From contig DXJO01000001.1 of assembly GCA_019057475.1 (NCBI GenBank), forward strand, positions 1 through 64,000: DNA of 64,000 nt. The letters are read 5' to 3'. Shown here piece by piece: positions 56,522 to 64,000 of this stretch. The translations under genes and the position numbers were made by a program. The notes under the pieces are model-generated. The model ran no database searches, was not told where the DNA came from, and was given only the letters and a program-made list of their open reading frames with translations. Numbering within the stretch: position 1 is the first letter of the stretch; each line of letters starts with the position of its first letter. This DNA comes from Candidatus Thorarchaeota archaeon (GTDB lineage Archaea; Asgardarchaeota; Thorarchaeia; Thorarchaeales; Thorarchaeaceae).

Positions 56522-58342
56522 TCATTCCATTCGTGGAGAAGATTCAATACGTTTGACCAGAGGATCATTCATAATATCATTCGCTTTCTCTCCCAATTTC
56601 AAGCTTCCAAGGGCTTGACATAGGTCCTCTGGTTTGGTACTGGTTTCATACCCTTGTAGAGCATCCCTGACTGCAAGAAACAAGGTCTTAGGTTTCCTAA
56701 GGTACAATTCGTAAACCAGCGCGTCAGCAATCGACTCCAAGCAGGTCACGCTTCTCACTTGATGGTCTGGTATCCTGCCAGTGTGTAGATTTTGAAGGGT
56801 GTCGAAGATTAGTGCATAAGGTCCTAGATCGTCTGGGAACTTCATTGGCATGTCATCGATGATCCCGGTGTTGAGACATGTAGTGAGTTGTGAGTAATTT
56901 GTCAGGTAGCGTGTGCAAACATACCTAGCAAGTCTTGAGTTCAAGATCATCCCGATGGCTCTGGCGTTAAGACCCACATCAACGAGTCCTATTCTTACTG
57001 CCCCTCCTCCGTGCAAGACCCCTTCCGGTTTCATGACACACCTTGGGTAAGGATAGTTCTTGGTCGCAATGAGGAACTCGTTTTCGAAGGAGTCCATTAA
57101 TGCAGGGTTATCATCGAACCAGTCATCAGCGTAGATGATATGGTCGAAGTCCAGACGATAGCGTTTGACGCTACGCCCTTTTGTTGCATATGGCACTCGG
57201 AATCTCTGACCCTTCTTCGCGCTCACGTGTTGTGATGGAATATCACGCCCTCTTGAGGCAGTCAAGATACTTCGTTTGGCTCCATCGAAAATTTTCAGGT
57301 AGATGTCGTCGAAATAGAGTGGGAAAATTCTGCAGGATGCCAGTATCTCCCAAGGCACATCATAAATTCCCTCCACTCCTTTCCTCTTGGATACAACCTT
57401 TACGTCATGTTTGCCTTTATCTCGACCAGCCTTGCAGAAGATGCTCACCATTTCCAACGTAACGTCAGCGAACGGATTGCCCTCGTCGACAATCTCCCAC
57501 AGCTGCATATCTTTCAGTATGAAGTCGCGGATCTTTGAGAACTGTCCCACTCTAAGGATGCTGTTTGGCAAAAGGAAACCAAGCTGTCCCCCTTTCTTCA
57601 TTAACATCCTTGATCTGACTACGAAGAGGGCTGCAACATTCCAACTGCCAGACCGTCCCCTGTTCACATCTGTGTCGTAGCTTGATTGAATGATTCTCCT
57701 CTCCTCATCTGAGAGGATATTTCCGTAAGGCGGATTGCCAATAATGAGGTCGAATCCAGCGTTTTTGTCTTGGAAGGTCTCAGGGAACTCCTTGGGCCAA
57801 TGGAACGGTCGAAGATGAGCGACGGGGTCGTATTCTTGATGAAGTGTCACTTCTCGAATACAGCCAACAAGACTGTTCCCTCTCTTGACCTGCCCAGTAA
57901 GGTCAATCACTGCTTGTTTTCGAGAGTCATCCTTGGCATCGTTTGCCCATTTGGAAAGAGAGCGTTGGCAGTGTGTAACCGGGTCCTTGAGGAGATCGAC
58001 GCCAAAGAGATTGTTCATCACAATCTCTTCACGGAGTTTGACTGGCGAGGCGACGTCGTTTAGCATTTGTCGAGTGTTCTCCAACCAGTTTGCGGCTGCA
58101 AGTAGGAATACTCCTTCGCCCACAGCTGGATCTAATACCTGAATCCGGCCTAGGGTCCCGAGGATGTGCTTCTTTTCTATGCGGTTGAGTTCTGCAGCAT
58201 TGCTGGATTGGCTTGCATCGAATCCTGTTCTTTCGCTGAGCCAGCGAATCAATGAATTGCTCGCTATGTACTCTGCCACACGGTGCGGAGTATAGAAAGA
58301 ACCGGTTCGCTTGTTCGATTCTCTCTGTTGTCCGGACTGCAC
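56522..58342 (-). CDS. Amino-DNA methyltransferase (Eco57I/TaqI-like, gamma class) with C-terminal TRD
   Basis: GSFYTP, VLDPAVGEGVFL, FDLIIGNPPYG, ILNSRL. Confidence 0.9.
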   Translation of the reverse strand: MQSGQQRESNKRTGSFYTPHRVAEYIASNSLIRWLSERTGFDASQSSNAAELNRIEKKHILGTLGRIQVLDPAVGEGVFLLAAANWLENTRQMLNDVASPVKLREEIVMNNLFGVDLLKDPVTHCQRSLSKWANDAKDDSRKQAVIDLTGQVKRGNSLVGCIREVTLHQEYDPVAHLRPFHWPKEFPETFQDKNAGFDLIIGNPPYGNILSDEERRIIQSSYDTDVNRGRSGSWNVAALFVVRSRMLMKKGGQLGFLLPNSILRVGQFSKIRDFILKDMQLWEIVDEGNPFADVTLEMVSIFCKAGRDKGKHDVKVVSKRKGVEGIYDVPWEILASCRIFPLYFDDIYLKIFDGAKRSILTASRGRDIPSQHVSAKKGQRFRVPYATKGRSVKRYRLDFDHIIYADDWFDDNPALMDSFENEFLIATKNYPYPRCVMKPEGVLHGGGAVRIGLVDVGLNARAIGMILNSRLARYVCTRYLTNYSQLTTCLNTGIIDDMPMKFPDDLGPYALIFDTLQNLHTGRIPDHQVRSVTCLESIADALVYELYLRKPKTLFLAVRDALQGYETSTKPEDLCQALGSLKLGEKANDIMNDPLVKRIESSPRME

Positions 58343-58446
58343 TCTATCTGTCAGCTCCCGTCAAATGGAACTGCAAGTAGGGCATTTGAATCTATAGAAA
58401 AAAGAATCAGTAGGGGGACTTAGAGGTCCACCCTATCTTGATAGAT

Positions 58447-59325
58447 CTATCCAACCTTCTGACCGCAGTTGGAGCAGAACTTGGCGCCTTCCAACTTAGT
58501 CCCGCAGCCCGAGCAGAACTTAGCTCCTGCAGGTGTGGATGCACTGCCACCGCCGCCCTGGCCGCCTTGAGCGCCCATCGCTCCCATGAAGCCCATGCCG
58601 GCTCCAAATCCAGCACCAGGACTCTTTCCTAGTGATTCGGCTGCGCTTTTCATGGTTTCTGAGCCCATGACCTGCGCTCCACCAACACCACCGGTCTTCA
58701 ACCAGAAGAGTCTCTCGCGGTACTTCTCAGTTGTATCAAGACCTTCAAACTTCAGGTCAACAAGTTCAAGGCCTAGCCTCTCGAAGGCCATCCTCACCTT
58801 TGTCTTGACCTTTAGCGAGGTCTCATCAAGCTGTGTGAACACCGTCTGCAGATCGAAGTGTGCGAATTCATCAATAATTCTCTCGTTCATAAATGAGCGG
58901 AGATAGTCATTGATCTTCTTCGTGCTGTAAGCGTTCTGATTACCCACGACTTCGTTGGTAAAGATCTTGTGTTCCTTTACACGGAACCAGAAGTTCCCGT
59001 GGAACATAAGAGGTGCAAGGTCAGATGTCTGCCCTCTCCCTCCGTATTTTCCTTGGAACTGTGATCGTGAGATGAAGATGCAGGTTGCTTGAAAAACATC
59101 ACCCTTTATCTTCTTCTGAAGCCATCCCACAAGACTTGGCATGCTACTTGTCGTAAGCTTGTGGCGGCCTGCAAGGAAAGTGTCTAATGCCTTTCCATCT
59201 CTATAGAAAATCGCGGCTTGGTTCTCCTGGACGATTAGCTGGGAGCCCCATCTTATTCTGTTGTCAGGATAACGCCAAACTAGTTGATCTGGTCCTGCGT
59301 TAGTCCACTCTATCGCATCTGCCAT
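58447..59325 (-). CDS. SPFH (band 7) domain protein with C-terminal double zinc ribbon
   Basis: LVWRYP...GSQLIVQENQAAIFYRDGKALD..GRHKLTT; GAGMG; KFCSGCG..AKFCSNCG. Confidence 0.88.
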   Translation of the reverse strand: MADAIEWTNAGPDQLVWRYPDNRIRWGSQLIVQENQAAIFYRDGKALDTFLAGRHKLTTSSMPSLVGWLQKKIKGDVFQATCIFISRSQFQGKYGGRGQTSDLAPLMFHGNFWFRVKEHKIFTNEVVGNQNAYSTKKINDYLRSFMNERIIDEFAHFDLQTVFTQLDETSLKVKTKVRMAFERLGLELVDLKFEGLDTTEKYRERLFWLKTGGVGGAQVMGSETMKSAAESLGKSPGAGFGAGMGFMGAMGAQGGQGGGGSASTPAGAKFCSGCGTKLEGAKFCSNCGQKVG

Positions 59326-59506
59326 GCTAAATACACCCGTAACTAAATCGAGTTCTAGCTGAATAGCGTTTCTAATATGTTTTAAACATTGACATGGTCT
59401 CTCTCGCGACTCATCTTGGAAAGGGTATCTTCAACCACCCTGCATTTCTTTTTGCCTAGTGAGCTTAGTTCTTAACGATACATGAATAGGATTGCCAAGT
59501 GAGTCA

Positions 59507-59962
59507 ATGTTGTCTGATGATGAGTTGACAAGTGATGAAGCGGAACCAACTGCGGATTCTGAGAAGAGTCAGAAGCCCATGCGGAGAAACTTCAATCCGA
59601 TGCCATTTTACTTTAGGACTGCAATAATGATTCTCATCAGTTATTTCGTATTCTACGCTTTTGGATACTCGTTGCTGATTATGTTCATGCTGCTCATAGA
59701 GGTCAATCTTCTGCGAAGAACTTGGGAGATTCTCTCGAGCTACAGCTATGGATTCGTAAGGAAAGCAGCATACTTCAATGCAGGCCAGTCCATAGTCTAC
59801 CTCATTATCTTGGCAATCAATGGCTTTACAATAACCCAGAGCGGTGTGCCTTTCATCTTGCCCGAAATCGAGGGACTGACACTCATTTGCCCTCTGTTGA
59901 TTATGGCAGCTCTATTTGGTACTACAAATATCCTGCAAATGTATGTCCCTGACTTGAAGTGA
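59507..59962 (+). CDS. Hypothetical membrane protein
   Basis: Four hydrophobic segments. Confidence 0.6.
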   Translation: MLSDDELTSDEAEPTADSEKSQKPMRRNFNPMPFYFRTAIMILISYFVFYAFGYSLLIMFMLLIEVNLLRRTWEILSSYSYGFVRKAAYFNAGQSIVYLIILAINGFTITQSGVPFILPEIEGLTLICPLLIMAALFGTTNILQMYVPDLK

Positions 59963-59968
59963 GTAACA

Positions 59969-60724
59969 TCAAACATCTAGAATCATGAGGTCTTCGCCGA
60001 TAATTACTTCTGCGTTGGAGCGTCGACCAACAGTTGCCAACACGCTCTTTTTGTTCGCGACAACTTCCGGTGTGAGATGTGTGAGTATAACCTTGTGAGG
60101 ATCAGCTTCCTCGACGATGGCCATCAATTCGGATGGACTTGTATGAACTCCTTCGGGATGTTTTCCATCTAACCAGTTCAGTTCATGAATGAGCAAGTCC
60201 GTTCCCTTCGCCAACTCAATTACATCTCTGCAGGGACCTGTGTCGCCGGTGTAGACAACGGATTTCCCCTCGTGTTCAATCCTGTAGGCTCTGGTGTCCA
60301 TTGAACCATGAGTCGTGATGCTCGTGGATATCGCAACAGGCCCGAGGTAAACAGTTTCTCTCTCTTCCAGTTCTATCAACTCGATTCGTATCTTATCTCT
60401 GAGATAGGGGAATGCAACTTCGAAAACTCCACAAGCCCATTCTCTCATTGCAGGCGGACCAAACAACCTCAATGTCTTTTGATAACCAGACAACCATAGA
60501 GTTTGACAGAGGGGGATGAAGTCAGAGCAGTGGTCAATGTGGAAGTGCGTGATAAACACCGCATCGATGCTGTTGACATCAACCTGAGTTTGCGTCAGTC
60601 GATGTAGCGTGCCAGATCCGACATCGAAGAGAATCGTCTGATTCCCCACTTCCACAAGAATTCCTGATTGCACTCTATCCGGGTCCGGAAGCGAAGTACC
60701 CGATCCTAAGAGCGTGACTCTCAT
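59969..60724 (-). CDS. Metallo-beta-lactamase fold hydrolase, RNase Z/BN-like
   Basis: LLGSGT, THFHIDH, YTGDT, LIHE, HT, LTH. Confidence 0.88.
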   Translation of the reverse strand: MRVTLLGSGTSLPDPDRVQSGILVEVGNQTILFDVGSGTLHRLTQTQVDVNSIDAVFITHFHIDHCSDFIPLCQTLWLSGYQKTLRLFGPPAMREWACGVFEVAFPYLRDKIRIELIELEERETVYLGPVAISTSITTHGSMDTRAYRIEHEGKSVVYTGDTGPCRDVIELAKGTDLLIHELNWLDGKHPEGVHTSPSELMAIVEEADPHKVILTHLTPEVVANKKSVLATVGRRSNAEVIIGEDLMILDV

Positions 60725-61070
60725 GCAAATCAGAATGGTGCAACTTGCATCAAGCCTATCAGTCTTCCCATTGGTTGCCGTTGCCCGAAACTTGTACAAT
60801 CGGGGACATCAAGGTCCTTGACTGATGCTCGGTTCCTGATTCATTGAGGTCTGCTCTGCAGATCCTACTGAATCTGCGACAAGTTTCACGTCCTCTCCAC
60901 AGGCGTTTTCTGTTTCCGTCCAACTGGCGGCGACCAAATTGCATGCACGCTCTAGCCATCAGCATGGAACATCCACACCACTCAATCCTGAGCAGCATGT
61001 TACAAACACCTACGAAATATCTGGGATTGTACAAGCTCTTGGCAGCTGTTGCATACCTCTGTTTCGCATT

Positions 61071-61442
61071 CTACATTGCGCGTGGCTTGGACTCCTTGGG
61101 TTTCAAGACATACTGCATTGTGTTGACGAGAAGGTTCAATTCCCGAATTATTCTAACGCCGTCGAGTCGCTGTGCGCTTAACTTGTTCTTCAGCTCACGG
61201 CATCCTACATCCTTCATGAAACGAAGCATGGGAACGGAATCGACGTTCATTGATCCACTCTGTACTGCCTGCCAAAGCCTGTCTATCTCGCTGCTAAGTT
61301 CGGCCTGATGCTTGAGCATCACAGGACGTGCTTCGTTAATTCTCACATCTTCGATTATTCTTGATGCCTTACTCTTCAGAGAGTTCAACGCAGCTTCCTG
61401 ATGGTGGTCTTTTGTATCATCTAGGCCGGATCTTCGTAACAC
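61071..61442 (-). CDS. Hypothetical helical protein
   Basis: 123-aa ORF with TATA-like TTAAATA upstream; no family recognised. Confidence 0.5.
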   Translation of the reverse strand: MLRRSGLDDTKDHHQEAALNSLKSKASRIIEDVRINEARPVMLKHQAELSSEIDRLWQAVQSGSMNVDSVPMLRFMKDVGCRELKNKLSAQRLDGVRIIRELNLLVNTMQYVLKPKESKPRAM

Positions 61443-61657
61443 TCTGTTACACCAACGAATCGCTTCTCAGAGAGCTATTTAACTCCCAACAATACGTTGG
61501 GGGATTATCGACGGATTTGAACAGAGTTTGACGAACTACTCCCGTCCCACAGTGTACCAATGCGCATTTTCTTATTCACGTGGTCATGATTTCATCTTAG
61601 TATACCCTAGCAAGCGTTTTAACGAAATATATCGAGGTGGCTTCGAAGTGCACCCAT

Positions 61658-64000
61658 ATGCTGCGCATTGGGAGGAAAGCAATTCTAATTACATTTACAC
61701 TTAGCATGTTACTACTTGTGTTCGTAGTGACTCCTGCTTCAGCGATTTATGTTTCAGCGACGCAGGAAATCCACTCACAAAGTCTTGACATAACTGATGA
61801 GAACAAAGGATACGTTTACAGCAGTTATCCACCATTTGGAACGCGTGACGCACTCTGGCTAGATATCAACCAAGATGTTGGCCTGAATGTGTACCAATAC
61901 CATAGTATTGGTTGGACTGACTCCGTTGGATTTGTGAATGGTCCTGCTGAAACAGAGTTTTCCTTTTATGGTCAGAATAGCCGCAAACCTGGTTGGTTGG
62001 CCAATAGGTCATATCTTCCAGTCTTCACAGAGTCTGTTAATACAACGAATGACGACCTAGAATTAACAGTGGACCAGAAGCGTGTTGTGTTTCCGCTAGG
62101 GCTTGGTCAGCAGAGTTCAATCATCTTGGAGCCGTACCTATATCACAGCGGCACACTCATGCTGTCAACCGAGGAGTTCATTCACATCACCATAGCCTCT
62201 AGAACGGATTCCGTTTCAATGAATGTGATAGTGTACGATCCAGAGGGACACAATTTGGGATCATTGGCCCTCAATGGAGGGAACGTGGGAGTTCTCCCAT
62301 TCCGACCATCTGGTCCGGGAATGTATACAATCAGGCTATACCCCACTACTAGTGTAGAAGGACTCCTAGCGGCTGAAATCCTGCCCGTGGCTGTTACTCC
62401 ACAGACGATTTAGTATGGCGAAGTCGTGGAGGTGTACTCTCTGGAAGTGAGTTCATTGTGGAAGGCGGTTCTGGATCCATAGTAATTACAGAGAAGGCTC
62501 CCACCACTCGTACATACAAGTTCAGTTCCAACTCAACCCATGCTGGCAAGATACAGTATTCACTAAACTATCCGGAGTTCTTCTGGCCGGTGCATACGCC
62601 CTTCAATCCAGAACTGAGGGTCACTAGCGATGCTTTTGTAGGGGACTACGCCGTTGCGAGATATCAAACCATGCTGGGGGGCAATATTGGACAGTATTAC
62701 TACCAGTCGTTCCAAGGCGAGTCTTACTATCTAACAGTCATCGGGATGGACGAGGTTGTCTATTTGATATACAATGAGGAGATGAGCTTAGGCCAACTGC
62801 CGCTGAACGAAGCCTTCTACCTTGAGAACAACCGTCTCAACCCCCAGACAGTGGCGTATCAGCTATCGCTTGACGAAGATGCCATTTTGAAAGTCAACTC
62901 GACAGAGAACGTAGGCAACTATGGCTGGAACCTCTTCACTGTGCTCGATGATATGATGTACCGGTCACTCCAAGTGACTGATGGTCATTCGTTTCATAAT
63001 GCTCCCAGTTACTGCCTTCCGGCCGGTGAGTACGTGGTCGTTGGCACTGGGAACTTGCCATCAAACGGCTACTACCAATTCACTCTGGGCCCGGTTTTTG
63101 ACGACCTCAGTACATTGGAGGTTTCTGTTGGCCGTGCTGTGGGCGTTCGGTTCGATGTAAGTGCCATTGACTGGTACCGCACCAACATATCGCTGCTGAC
63201 TCAGGACAATATCACTGTGTCAGCTGACTATGACTTCTACAACACCTATGGTCTGCTTGTATCCGGCTATAGCCTGCTTCTTGGCAACAGAGAGGTTGGA
63301 GGACATTAGATGGCGTTTGGTGCCAACCACACAACGAGGACTTTCTCCAGTCTTGCAGATGGTTTCCTAGTGGTTGTAATCAGCCCCTACGAAGTTAAGA
63401 ACAACACTCCAGGTCCCGGAAATCTGTACCATGACTACACTGTTGAGTACGGAATAGAGTTCGAGGACTACTCGTCAGATATCTTCAACGTAACTTCTTC
63501 AATCGCAGTAGATGCGACATCAGCATCCTATAACTTCACCCTTGGTGACCCTGGTGATGCGTCCGAAGTCTATGGACTCTCCATAGCTTGTGAAGAGGGC
63601 GTCTGGTACAATGTTTCGGTAATAGTCAGTGATGTCAGTTCTTGGTATGCTCTTGCATACCAGAACTATGAGGGTTGGACACAGTATTTGGACTGGCCAA
63701 GTCTAAGCGATCGACTCGTTGGCTCAACAGGAAGCGAGGCAGCCTTCCAAATGGGGGCAATCAGCAATGAGATTTTCCTATCGTTCACCGCGACAAGGGT
63801 ACTTGCTGGTGAGGGGAGTTTCTACGTGGAGATCACCCCACTTGTAAGCAATCAGCTTGAAGAGTTCATCCTCGAATACCAAGGAGTTCCACCTGTGACA
63901 ATCGATTGGGTTCTACTAGGTGGCGGCATCGGCGTTGTCGCTGTGGTCATTGTTGGACGTCTTCTAATCGCCAAGAAGAAGGGCAAAAGCCTCTACTCAC
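61658..64000 (+). pseudogene. Large secreted/surface beta-rich protein with C-terminal TM anchor, disrupted by two TAG stops and one frameshift
   Basis: Signal peptide; TAG 62411; frame change near 62430; TAG 63307; frame then open to WVLLGGGIGVVAVVIV...KKKGK at the window end. Confidence 0.7.

Noticed and set aside
60759-61070. Amber readthrough extension of the 61071-61442 ORF (frame open about 100 more codons)
   Set aside because: The extension is Arg/Cys/Gly-rich and not protein-like; likely chance.
1-64000. Genome-wide TAG recoding (alternative genetic code)
   Set aside because: Conserved genes (cdc48, hisS, thermosome, top6B, MEMO1) end in TAG at their expected C-termini.
1-64000. CRISPR array, tRNA, rRNA, selenoprotein/SECIS
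   Set aside because: No regularly spaced repeats, cloverleaf/T-loop patterns or in-frame TGA at conserved Cys positions were seen by eye; tRNAscan/Infernal were not run.

Overview
Archaeal DNA, very probably Asgard and Thorarchaeota-like. That assignment is inferred from the gelsolin-domain, roadblock, CDC48, thermosome, Rpo6 and Topo VI genes and needs phylogenetic confirmation. The window has two parts. (1) About 1-22,050 is an accessory, partly decayed island. Its right end is an intact tyrosine integrase placed directly against a 19-bp palindrome, where the topoisomerase VI A gene (top6A, Spo11 family) is cut off just before its catalytic-tyrosine motif. The island holds a divergent pair of small ribbon-helix-helix genes around an operator-like repeat cluster, a CARF-PIN gene, a GmrSD-like remnant, a flavodoxin/aldo-keto reductase/LLM redox cluster with scrambled duplicates, and many chimeric gene fragments. 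The 3' half of top6A and a second att copy were not found in the window. (2) About 22,050-64,000 is core-like. It starts with top6B and a cluster rich in eukaryote-like features: AN1-ZnF/site-2 protease fusion, Hsp20, cdc48, a V4R-like protein, a polyproline membrane protein, a gelsolin-like small protein, an alpha-SNAP-like/Ig/coiled-coil protein, roadblock and gelsolin. It continues with a thiamine ABC transporter plus ThiR-type regulator, an unassigned glycyl-radical enzyme operon, hisS, an HhH-rpoK fusion, thermosome, an orphan DNA methyltransferase, an SPFH protein and a disrupted surface-protein gene. No rRNA, tRNA or CRISPR array was recognised. All family calls come from motif recognition by eye; no database searches were run.
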